Positions 1-17,993 of a stretch of DNA of 64,000 bases are shown piece by piece (the stretch's first letter is position 1; every line of letters begins with the position of its first letter). Location: positions 17,749 to 81,748 of the forward strand of contig NIVC01001657.1 of assembly GCA_002269645.1 (NCBI GenBank). The letters run 5' to 3'. Under the pieces are notes generated by a model, which was not told the DNA's origin, ran no database searches, and was given only the letters and a program-made list of their open reading frames with translations. A program made the position numbers and the translations under genes. This DNA is from Macrostomum lignano. Lineage: Eukaryota.

Positions 1-138
1 TTACATGTATATTGTATTGAAATCTTATATTGGCAACGAATTTTTATTTAAACAGTTACAGTTTAAAATTGTCTCAAAATTTTGTTCCTAAAATGACTCA
101 GTGTACTTCCAGAAAAGAAGGTACTCGGACGAGTAAGT

Positions 139-7110
<6,972 letters not shown>

Positions 7111-7420
7111 CGCTCTTCACTTGCCAACAGTACTCGCTAGCTTTTAAAGAAGCCCAACTCAAACTTTTCTACAAGACTAGAGCTAATATCATTTATTTGA
7201 AAATTGTTTACGCCGTAAAATATGCGAAGTTTGCAAATGAATATGATTGCCATAGACGCTAACGTATGGTCTACTCATGTTTAGTGCATTTAGATTATCG
7301 CAGAAGCATGTAATGCAATTAAATGTTTATTGCCTGCTCATGTGTCAATTTATTTTAAAGCCACTTAACTAACCAAAATTTACTTCTGACTTGTTCTGAT
7401 GGATGCTGACTGAGATATTT

Positions 7421-7668
7421 TTCCATCAGGTTGACTGCTTTCTGTTACTAGTGTTCCATCATGTTGACTGCTTTCTGTTACTAGTGTTCCATCATGTTGA
7501 CTGCTTTCTGTTACTAGTGTTCCATCATGTTGACTGCTTTCTGTTACTAGTGTTCCATCATGTTGACTGCTTTCTGTTACTAGTGTTCCATCATGTTGAC
7601 TGCTATCTGTTACTAGTGTTCCATCATGTTGACTGCTATCTGTTACTAGTGTTCCATCATGTTGACTG
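7421..7668. repeat. 33-bp minisatellite, ~7 copies (gttgactgctttctgttactagtgttccatcat)
   Basis: Head-to-tail copies start at 7430, 7463, 7496, 7529, 7562, 7595 and 7628, with no spacers. Confidence 0.95.
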
Positions 7669-8089
7669 AGATCTAGTTATTCTAGTATCTTTGGCTAATT
7701 CTGTACATACACAAGCTTTCAAAAAAATTAGGGGCCACGGCAAGGGGCCCAGGGCCCCGCCTCAATCGCCAAAAAGATCGCAGCATTGAATAAAAGCCCA
7801 AAATTTGCCACCTTGGTCGTCGTCGCAACTCACGTAAAATAAAAGCAAGTAAAACAAAAATAAAATAAAAGTAAAACAAGTAAAATAGAGTAAAATGGAG
7901 TAAAATAAAAAGCAAAAAATTTTTGGTCTGCGGTCAATTTGGCACCTCTGAATGCTTATAGACACCTTTTTGTTTATTTTTTTAAATTCAAAACTGTATC
8001 CTGAACTTGCCGTATCGACAGGCAGCTCTGTATACCTCTAAGTATTTTTTGAGGCGCGTGATTAGAGATCAACAGCAGTCTTGATCGCT

Positions 8090-8880
8090 TCAAACAAAGC
8101 TGTTCGCCACATCGGTGATAATTTTAATTAATTCATTGAATGCAGCAAGTTGCATGGCGTGGATCTCGTATTTATAGTAATCTCTGTTCTTTGGCACAAG
8201 CTCCGCTTTGATGTGGGCGTTCATAATTATAATGTCCACATTGTTGTTAAAGGTGTTGACTACTTTAAGCGACGTTTTCAGTTCCCCAGTCGAGGGAAAA
8301 GTCACGGTCCTGAAATTAAAGATTGGAGGAGTAACCAATATAACCACGATGATTTCTTGGAAAAATGAGAAACACAAATCAAAATTTACATGTCCGTCCA
8401 AAATCCACCGGCCAATTGAATGATCTCAAGCGCTTCTCTCATATCCCAAGGATAGTTATTAATGACTGAGGACAGCATGGAGATGGGGATATTCGCATGG
8501 TTGACTGCCCTGTCTCGCCTCAGCCAAGACTTGATGAGGCAGTTGTTGCAGATAACACCGGGGGGCACTGTCACCTTGTTTGAGTTGACCAGGTCTAGCA
8601 GTAGGCTCCGAGTGCTCACTTCGCCCGATGCAACTGGTGGAGTACATGCAGATACATATTACATGTACGCCAATCATCGTTAGAATGCGCATTCGAAATG
8701 TACGTTAGAATGTGCATTACAGCATTTTTGCTGAGGTTACATCATGTAGAGTTCTGATACGTTGATTCAAGACACAAGAACAGACTCACAATTCAGGACA
8801 CTTTCTTCGAAGGAAACCACAGTACCGCTCACTCCAGCCAGGATGACCAAGAGTAGAGTGCTGTTGTATCCAAACGACAT
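8090..8880 (-). CDS. Uncharacterised secreted protein, paralog A (~184 aa, 3 exons)
   Basis: Exons 8880-8790, 8633-8390, 8309-8090 with GT-AG introns of phase 1 and 2. Signal-peptide-like N-terminus MSFGYNSTLLLVILAGVSGTVVS. Shares NKVTVPPGVICNNCLIKSWLRRDR and KAELVPKNRDYY with paralog B. Confidence 0.82.
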
Positions 8881-9814
8881 TGCTGCTTTAAAAATTATCG
8901 GAATAAAATTGTTAAAATATTTCAACTGTTTAAGAGCTGCATATAAATTTCATTTAATTTTGCCTTGTCCAACACAGATTTATACTCGTAGTAGACAAAG
9001 TTCCCAGGAAAATTGTTAGGCCTGACAACAAAGGAGATGCGATATGAGAAACGCACAGCTGGCATGAGCTGATACGAGTGATTAATAGGACCAAAATTCA
9101 AACAAATTTTATCGCTTGTAGACTGAAAATCGATCGAATGTTTGACAGCCGATGACAAGCCGTTTGCAAATGAAACATTGCTGCACTATACACTCGAATA
9201 TCAAGTGAAGAGTCAGTCACACATGTTGGCAGTAAATTTCTTGAAAATTTACCAATTAGAAGCAACAAAATAGTGACAAAAATAAATCAACCGCTAGTGA
9301 GCATTCATGACTTGTACTTCTTGTTCTGCAGTTGCGTACATGCAGTAGTTATGACACGTTTATGTTTAGTGAAGATAATTTGATTGTCTTTAACTTGGTA
9401 AATGCAAGAAATTTCCTGCGTGACAATGTAGAAATTTGCGGGCTCTATGTTAGGGATAGGCTGGGTGTTGGAGCTGAGCAGAATGTCTATGGTAGAAGTC
9501 TGTTTCTGATTCGTTGGTGGATCGGGAGTTTTTTTTCTCGTACCTTTATGTACATAACACTGGCCTGTTCACACGCGCTCCTTCGAATAAACTTTTTCTT
9601 GACCACATCATGGAGCTGAGATCCGCAGCTTTCATTTGAATCAAGGTACAATTGAAACGGACTGAAATTATGTCCACTAGAAGACATCGTAGCAAGGGTT
9701 CCGGAACTTTTGACGGACAGTATATATTTAGAGTTTCAAAACTGGTTTTTGTCGCCAGACTTGTGCCATAGACGATTGGTGATTTCGTCAACACGCACTT
9801 GTCATTGATGCTTC

Positions 9815-10154
9815 ATGTGGTGGCGTGGGGAACAGCGTCCTCCAAGACGACAACGCCCCACCGCATCGCGCAGCCGCTGTGGCGCATCTGAAGGAGCTGC
9901 TGCACCTGCGAACCTTGCGCTGGCCGTCCCAATCACCGGACATGAATCCCATAGAGCACATTTGGGATTACCTGAAGCGCTCGATTCAGCGCGACAATCC
10001 GCCGCAAAACGTTTCCCAACTGCGCGAATCACTGTCTACTGCATGGTAACAACTACCGCAAGATTTTCTGCGACGCCTGGTTCTGGGGATGCCCTCTGCT
10101 GCATCTGGAGTGAGCGCTCTGCTACACGCACGTGGCTGCTATACGCGTTACTGA
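9815..10154 (+). mobile_element. 5'-truncated Tc1 (DD34E) transposase fragment, pseudogenised
   Basis: QDDNAPPH...WPSQSPDMNPIEHIWDYLKR with 34 residues between D and E. An in-frame TAA at 10047-10049 precedes the typical C-terminus LPQDFLRRLVLGMP..ARGCYTRY*. Confidence 0.88.
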
Positions 10155-10853
10155 CCCTTTTCTAGGCAAGTTGTCACCCATGCTCGCGTACTAATTGTTT
10201 CTTTGAATTTGCTGTTCCTTTTTGCTTCGTTCGAATCAGGATTATATATTTGTCTATGGCTCAAACACGAATATCTCCACCCATTCATGATCATTCATAT
10301 TCATGATCGTGCTACGTCTTGATACAGCAGTAAATTCAAGCGGTTCTTCGTTGGACGTGGTGCGCAATTGTTTAAGTTCTATTTATCAGCATTCACGGCA
10401 CGTTTCCTTGTCTCATGTTAATATACATCTATTTAGAGTTAATGGCTTCAATGCTAATAATGTCATACGTGCTAAGATTTGGTAAACTGTAAAGTCTAAG
10501 GCTAAGGTCAGATTTCATATACTAGTGACTACAAAAATAAAAAATACATAGACGATATGCGATATACCTATGTAAAGTATGTGTTGAATTATTTATTATT
10601 TCGGAACCTTTTATCACTACTTACTTCAGTGTGTATAAACTTTGCTCATTCTTTCTAGTAGCGTTCGAATCAACTGTTTTACAGATGGCAAATAGCATTC
10701 AAAAGGAATTAGACGGAGCGAGAGATATGAGATCAAAACACAACAAGTCAGTTGTTTGTTGACGTTTGCTGTTATAATTCTAAATATCCAATTTTGCAGA
10801 GGCTGAACTGACGGCTCTACTTCCGTACCAGTCGGATTCAGCAATGCTCAACT

Positions 10854-11780
10854 TCAGACAAAACTGTTTGCCACGTCAGAGATAATTCTATTATACTCGT
10901 TCATTGCAGCTAGCAATATAGCATTTCGTTCGTAGGCGTAGTAGTCCCTATTCTTTGGCACCAGCTCCGCCTTAATGTTCATGTCCAGGATGATGATGTC
11001 CACATTTTTGTTATAGGAATTGATTATCCGCAGGCGCACTTTCAGTTCTCCGAGAGGTTGATGAGTTTTATCCCTAAGATTATTAATATATTTAATTAGT
11101 CACCTAATAATTAGTAATTAGTTCAAATGCTTAATCATGCTTCTACGCTTAATTATCTTAATTATTATCTCGTATAATAACAATTAAAACAAAATATTCG
11201 TTTTGTCTTACCAAGAGTACCAATCTCCGTTTTCGGTAATTTGAAGGATGTGAAGCATGTTTCTCATATCCGAAGGGTAGTTATTAATGACTGAGGACAG
11301 CATGGAGACGGGGACATTAGCGTGGTTGACTGACCTGTCCCGCCTCAGCCAAGACTTGATGAGGCAGTTGTTGCAGATCACACCGGGAGGCACTGTCACC
11401 TTGTTGACTAGGTCTAGCATCAAGCTCCGAGTGCTCCGCCCGCTGAATGCTTGGCCCGGTCCAACTGCGCCAACTGTGAATTTGCATGTACATGCGAATG
11501 CAGATTGAAGGACGCGTTTGAACTGACACTTGCACATAGTTCAGGACACTAAGCTTATGCGTTTTAAATTTTTCCTATAAGAATTCGTACTGGCTTTTTA
11601 AATTTACTTTCAAAAGCTCATTGAAATAATTACAATCCTTCTACAAGGCTTGGTAAATACAGATGGAAAGAACTCGAAATAGCTCTCACAGTTAAGGGCA
11701 CTTTCTTCAAAGGAGACCGCAGTGCTGCCTATGACAGACAGGATGGCCACTAAAAGAGCGCATTTGTAAACGAGCACCAT
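10854..11780 (-). CDS. Uncharacterised secreted protein, paralog B (~190 aa, 3 exons)
   Basis: Exons 11780-11690, 11473-11212, 11073-10854, with the same intron positions and phases as paralog A. Signal-peptide-like MVLVYKCALLVAILSVIGSTAVS; C-terminus ..IISDVANSFV*. Confidence 0.82.
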
Positions 11781-12095
11781 TTCTTCTCTGCTTTGCAAGT
11801 TAATTTATAATTAATATTTCGCCAAGATTGGAAAGACTTATTTCCTATTATAAGTATTCCAACTTATATACCTAACTAAAAAGCCATATTACGCCGATCG
11901 AGAAGTGTCAATCTGTCAGGGCATTGTGAGAAACTCACAGCTGCAACGTACGCTCGCACGGAAAACAGCCAACGGTCAAATTAAGTTATGCGACATGCAT
12001 AGACTGCATGTGTTGATACTCTATATTTGCTACATGTCAACTAAACTCAACTGAAACCGTAAACTTCACGAGCGAGCTTCTCCAGCGAATCTCCA

Positions 12096-12754
12096 GGGGC
12101 CTATTTCATAAAGCACTTGTCGGACAAATTACGAGTGACAAGTGACAATTCCAATAAATAATGCGTTTCATAAAAAAACAACTACAACTTGACAAATCGA
12201 CAAGTTACAAGTGACAAGCGACAAGCGAAATTTGACAAATTACAAGCGTTTCTTCGGGATTTTCGTCCATAGACATGCACTAAGCTGGATGCTTCTGTGT
12301 AAAAATACTTCCTCTTGTCATGTGTTTTTGACAAGTCGCTGTGACACTTGTAGCTTTTATCAAATCGTTTTCTTATGTTTTATCTTTTCATGTCCGATAG
12401 CGAAGACGATGAATTAGAGCTCCTAGTGGCTCTAGGACCTGCGCAAAGAGTTTTTAAAGAACGAATCAACTTTCAGCCTCAGGGCCTTTACTTTTCCGAA
12501 CGCTTCCGTCTCCGAATGGATCAGGTGGAGACTCTTTTACAAACTATCGTCCGGTAATTGAACATGGTACGCTCAGGAACAAAGCCCTAACAGCTCAAGA
12601 GCAACTTTTGAGCACTTTAAGATTTCTGGCTTTACTTTAACACTAGTAACGCGTGATGTTTATGAAACCAAATCGTTGACGCTTGACACACTTTTCACTT
12701 GTCATTTGTCGACTTGTCACTTGTCACTTGTAGTTTTTTTATGAAATCGGCCCC
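12096..12754 (+). mobile_element. Internally deleted PIF/Harbinger DNA transposon
   Basis: TIRs GGGGCCTATTTCATAAA and TTTATGAAATCGGCCCC; subterminal (G)TGACAAG repeats in opposite orientation at each end. The internal frame FSERFRLRMDQVETLL..*..RNKALTAQEQLLSTLRFLA resembles a Harbinger transposase N-terminus. No clean TSD seen. Confidence 0.75.
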
Positions 12755-13036
12755 AATAACTTGGAAATGCATTACTTTAGGATCATCACTACTGACTCTA
12801 GACCATAATAGTTAATATCGACCATTAGACTAGGGACCATAGACTCTTTGGATCTATCCTAGTCTCGGACTCTGAGAGCCATATAGACTCTCGGCCCAAA
12901 GACTACTTAACAACTCAGGACGCTACACTCGCGAATGGTAGAAATTCTAGAAAAGGCCGCTTGATTTGGCTGTCTATGGTTTTTTAAAAGCTCATTTTTT
13001 TCAGCGATAGTGGACCGGTCAGCCAACTTGCTAAGC

Positions 13037-14077
13037 ATGAATCACAACAGCGAAGACACTGCTGAAAAGCGACTAGAAAACTATACCGCACGCGAGTTAA
13101 GGCGCATGCTGGAACAACATAGTCTGTCCAGTTCTGGGAAGAAGGCAATCCTCATAGATCGCCTACGATCGGCACGCCATGATGACACCGATGAGACGCT
13201 AACAACTACGGCCAACGAGAGAGCAGAGAGCGGCCCGGGAGGACGGCAGGCGGCGTCGGACCTGGATGTTTAAGCGGAAATCCAAGCTGCAGAGAGGCGC
13301 ATCCGGCTGCTGGAACTCCAGGCAAAAGAGCGACAACTCAGAAGAGAGGCCCAAGCGTCGGAGGATCTCGAACCCCACCGGGTGGCATCTGAGAACCCGG
13401 AAGACCTTGGTGAGTTACTCAGCGCTGTTAACAATGAGGCCACCTAGGACCAATGCTCGAAGCCCCAAATAGACAGAGTTAGGCAACAGAGACAGGTGAT
13501 GCTCGTCACGGACTTCCTCGGGGACGCATCCCGTTCGGCCGATGCCGTCCTGGCCCAGGGCGCGGAGGGCCAACTTGTGCTCCGAGGAGCCAAAAGCAGC
13601 AACATGAAACCAGAGGCGGTGTCCATCGGGCAGTGAATCATGGCAAACGCCCGGATCCTCGAGTATCTCCTCAAAATGGGACAACTCACGGATCAAACAG
13701 TCTCAGAATACTTGCAATACAACGTGCAAATCGGAGAGCTCCTCGACTGCGGCTATGATACAGCTCGGGTGATGCGATTTGATGACAGCTTCCGACGCGC
13801 ACAAGCCTCCACGGTGTGCTCTTGGGCCCAGCAGAACTTCTCACTCATCGCCCGGCATCTGGTAGCTCCGCAGGCAACAGCGACAAAGCAGCGTCCGCCA
13901 AAGCCACAGACAACTGTCAGGACAGCTCAGGGCATCCCCGTCTGCCGTGTCTTCAACCTACCAGCCGGCTGCCGTTTCCCAAAGTGCAAGTATGCTCACG
14001 TGTGCCGCATATGCTTGCAGCCGGACCACACGGAGTCCCGGCACGGAACTGGCGGGATACCGACGACAAAAAACTAG
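13037..14077 (+). pseudogene. Ngaro/DIRS ORF1 (gag-like) with N-terminal SAP domain and C-terminal CCCH-type zinc finger
   Basis: One reading frame with in-frame stops at 13271, 13445 and 13634. SAP-like YTARELRRMLEQHSLSSSGKKAILIDRL; YLQYNVQIGEL..FDDSFRRAQA..W; CRVFNLPAGCRFPKCKYAHVCRIC. Confidence 0.75.
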
Positions 14078-14966
14078 AGAGCGGCGGGGTTGCGAACCCC
14101 GCCGCGTGCGGCCCCACGCGGCCTCCTGCTGATTTTAACTCCACTTTTATCCCTGACGCTCTTCGCAGCAACAACACCGACATGAATCTAGCTGCTTGGT
14201 CTAGAGTTCTTCAAGAGGATGATGACCGTGAATTTCTTATGCAAGGCCTCCACGAGGGGTTTCGCCTGACCACCGAGTACTCATTTCGCCTATCAGAGGT
14301 CGAGAACTACGGCTCATGCAAGCCGAACGAGAGTAAGGTCGAAAAGCAGATTTACCGCGAGATCGAGTTAGGCCGCTACCGGCGCGTCGCGAAGAGACCC
14401 ACGAAAGTTTCGGCCATCGGCGCCATCGCCAAACCGGATGGCAATGTTCGGCTCATTCACGACTGTAGCGCTCCGAAAGGTAACAGCGTGAACTCCCATT
14501 TCACGGCTCCCTACAAGATCAAATTCGAGACGATCAGCGACTTGACCTCGAAGCTGCAACCGGGGGCTTTCATTGCGAAGATTGATTTGAAGGAAGCGTA
14601 CCGAGCCGTGCCCGTTCATCCGTCCAACTGGGACGTTCTCGGCCTCAAGTGGAAGTTCAGCGACAGCACGCAGCCAATCTACCTGGTGGACACCCGCCTG
14701 CCGTTCGGCGCCGCGGCGTCGGTGTACCACTTTAACCGGTTGTCGCAAGCAATCACCCAGGCGGTCGGCGTGCCATGTCAGCTCCGGGTTTCAACCGAAT
14801 GCTTCGCCGCTCCCTTGACGCCGTAGGAGTGCCATCCTGCCAGTTCTTCGGTCACTCGATGCGACGTGGAGGCGCCTGCCACGCATTTGAGGCGGGCCTC
14901 TCGGTCGACGACGTAAAGCAGCTCGGTGGCTGGCGCAGCAACGCCGTGTCACGATTATTGGCGTAG
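14078..14966 (+). mobile_element. Ngaro/DIRS reverse transcriptase N-half joined by internal deletion to the tyrosine recombinase C-terminus
   Basis: RT motifs KPDGNVRLIHDCS, AKIDLKEAYRAVPV and LPFGAAAS, then the frame breaks before YxDD. A different frame (14775-14966) gives the YR motifs GHSMRRGGA and GGWRSNAV. Confidence 0.85.
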
Positions 14967-15899
14967 CGGCTAGCTATGGCTATGACCCTTAAAAGGGCCG
15001 TTTTGACGAGAATTGCAGTAAGTCGTAGTTCCAAAATAAATCGAAGTCAACTCTTGCAAAGCGGATTGTGTAGCGGAGCACTTGGCGATAAAGGCAGGAA
15101 ACTGCCGTAGTTGTTTTTTTATTGTTGAGATCAATATTAGGATTGGTTGTTACTATCAATACACAACTATAGCTTTCTGGGCACTGGCGGCTGCAACAAT
15201 GGTTTTGAAGATAAATTGAATGTGAAGTCAAGTGGCAGACGAATGATGCAATGGCGACGTAACGTGATGAGCAATGGCAATGAGCACAGTGAAGGCAGTG
15301 AGACGCAGTAGGCAGGCAGATGAGCAGTGGCGAGGTTGGCGTCAGCCGTGGCGTGAGATAAGGAGGCTCGAGGCAGCCAGACAGAGAGAAGGAAAACAAG
15401 GCTAGACAAGGCTAGGCAAGCCAGACGGGACGGAGGACAAGCCTAAGGAGAGAGAACACAGAACACAAGTGAAGCCCCCAGCCCGCCAGGCGGGGGTTAA
15501 TAAAGAGCGCAAAAGGGGGTAGCGTAAAACACGGAGAGTTTTCATTGGCTGGCGAGAGAATTTGAAATTATCGATCGTGCCAAAATTCACAGGCGAGCGC
15601 AAGGCCTACCAAATACACAGTGAATTAGCAGTTGATACAGATTATTTGCACGCTACTATAAGTAAACGTTAAAATAAACTATTGGAGAAATTAAAATGAG
15701 AAATTGCAAGGGAAACTATAGTCCAACGGCTCTTTTGCGGGACCACTTAAACTAGCAACGTCACAGCCGTTCTGCGCTACCTGCCGCTCTCGGGCGGCTC
15801 TCGGCGTGTTGTGGGAGCTTTGGCGGCTGCCGCCCAAGTCTAATTTTCTGTTTTACTGACTGCGATCCCCCTCGCCTCCTCTCCTATTGTTTGGTGTTT

Positions 15900-16345
15900 G
15901 GCCTGTTCCGCCCGGGTTCGTCTCCCTCGCCCGTGTCGTGCCTTTGCCTTCATTCCTCAGCGTCGTTCGTTAAGTTGTGAGTAGCGTAGCTACTCTGGGT
16001 TAGCGAACACGTCGGGGAGGGGCCGCCCAGGGCCTGTGTGGGCTCTCCGTTGTGCATGCTCTGTCTCGCGGGGGGGGGTGGGTGCTTGAGTCCCATCACC
16101 CCGGCCCTTGGGGGTTTTTAGGCCGCGCGGAGCTGCTCTGGCCCAGCTACCCTGTCTCGCGTTTGCAAGCTCATTTTTTTTATTCTCCCCCTTTAAAGCC
16201 ATATTTGTATTTTAATCACTTTCGAACTGAGCTCACTAAAATATATTTGACCGATCACAGGGGCCTGTTCCGCCCGGGTTCGTCTCCCTCGCCCGTGTCG
16301 TGCCTTGCCTTCCTTCCTCGGCGTCGTTCGTTAAATAATAATAAA
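15900..16345 (+). repeat. Split direct repeat (~74 bp at 15900-15973 and 16262-16333) followed by (AAT)n, like the 3' terminus of an Ngaro element
   Basis: Both copies read ggcctgttccgcccgggttcgtctccctcgcccgtgtcgtgcc..gcgtcgttcgttaa, about 290 bp apart. Confidence 0.7.
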
Positions 16346-16519
16346 AGTTTTGCGCTATAATAATTATTTTTATAGTTATACAAACAATAAATATATGCAA
16401 ATATTCCCAGCATAAGAATTGTAAATGACAATTGAAAAGTACGATATGCAACGTAACTGTATAAGGAAAACATAGATGGCTATAACAAAGTTTGAAATAT
16501 ACAGGCGTTTTGAAAGAAA

Positions 16520-17557
16520 CATTCAGCTAGGCTTCAGTTTGCGGAGTCGGCGAGAGCAAACGGTGGTTGATTGTCTGGACGTCTCGGAATCTCTGCGCAC
16601 CATGCCTTTATAGATGGAGTTGGCCATGCAGTCTTCGAGACCAAGTACCGAGCGCCACCGGGTTGGTTTAAAGCTTAGCTGAAATTGGCGTAGAAGATAT
16701 TGCTGACGTGAATCAGATGATTCTAGTCAGATCGGCTGCTTGCAGAGATTTCATAGCTCCGCGTCCTGTTGGCAATTGCTTCCAGCTGGCTGTAGCGCTG
16801 CAGCCTGTGCTGAAAACCTAATATGTCAGAAATTTCTACAAGCACATCGCGCCGATACGCCAAGACTGTGAAGTCGCTCTTAACTCGAACGGAGGACTCA
16901 ACAGTGCGCTCATGAATGAGCAAAAAATTGACTCGCAAATCCTGACATTGAACAATCCAGCCTCCGGAGGTAACAAAATCCAGGCTCAAAGCTGACGTAA
17001 TGAATAAGTGCCCACGAGACAATTCTGTCGACAGCATTGAAGGCAGTCAATTCATCAGGGGCCCTAGCTCTGTCGACTAACAGCAAGCCTCGCCGACCAG
17101 CATCTCTAGAGCGTCCTAAAATATTTGAAACAGGCTGATACAACTTAGTAAGTAAACAAAGTACACAACCATTCATACTTACTTGAGACAGTCTGACGCA
17201 GGGAAGTCAATGAAAAATCTTTAAAGATTGAGCGTGGGTCGCTGGGGCGTGTATGGCGGTTAATTCGTTCCAGTGGTGCATTTTCAGGCCAGTGATTTTT
17301 GCAGACTCCCATGTAGATGCTAGCCTTCTACAGATAGAATGGAATGATCATCACAATTCAGTTAATATACGTATCTTTATAGTAGAAACGAAAAATTAGG
17401 TTCAAAAGGCTACATAAATTACGGCCTTAACTTGCACAGGCAACGCATTGAGTCATGCCTCAGCTTCAGCTTCTTCCTTTGGAAAGCCAAAAACAGTGCA
17501 TTTTTCACCGCTCTTATAATTCCTTCTGCATCCAGGGATGCAGCACTTCATTGGCAT
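16520..17557 (-). pseudogene. THAP-domain P-type transposase remnant
   Basis: Exon 17557-17423 reads MPMKCCIPGCRRNYKSGEKCTVFGFPKEEAEAEA*LNAL (conserved W to TGA at 17453-17455). It splices in phase to the exon starting at 17327, KASIYMGVCKNHWPEN..PSDPRSIF, giving the C2CH THAP signature. The catalytic core appears deleted; the 16520 end is approximate. Confidence 0.75.
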
Positions 17558-17993
17558 TTTGATGAAAAAGAGTGTTGCTATTTATCAAGATTTTAGACGA
17601 AACAAATTATTGCTACAAACCAGCAGTGCTGGTCTGAACCAGCATTGAGAATATGAAAGAAGTGAAGTTGGTATAAAGAAAATATAAAGAAAGTTAGTGA
17701 AGGCTTCATTGCCATAGACACAGCTAAAGCAAGCGGCCTTTTCTAGAATTTCTACCATTCGCGAGTGTAGCGTCCTGAGTTGTTAAGTAGTTCTTGTCTC
17801 GGCCACGGACTCTGGGTCATAGAATCTTATAAATCTATCCTAGGTCATGGACTCTGGGCCATAGACTCTTATAAATCTATCCTTAGGTCATTATACATGT
17901 ATATAGACTCTGAGAATTACGAGTACCTATAACTCTGCCACATTGATTGACCATTTTTTCTAAACCTATTCTTCATCGCTACTAACTGAAATA

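Larger units (their letters stand above)
12897..17796 (-). mobile_element. P-superfamily (THAP) DNA transposon, 4.9 kb, non-autonomous, with nested retroelement remnants
   Basis: CA...TG termini; ~84-bp TIRs (12897-~12979 and ~17712-17796); perfect 8-bp TSD TCTCGGCC at 12889-12896 and 17797-17804; THAP-domain gene inside on the minus strand. Confidence 0.88.

Noticed and set aside
7421-7668. 33-bp repeats as CRISPR direct repeats
   Set aside because: Head-to-tail with no spacers and no cas genes; an ordinary minisatellite.
9330-9794. Short overlapping minus-strand ORFs as a gene
   Set aside because: Fragmented by stops and frameshifts with no recognisable motif; probably decayed repeat.
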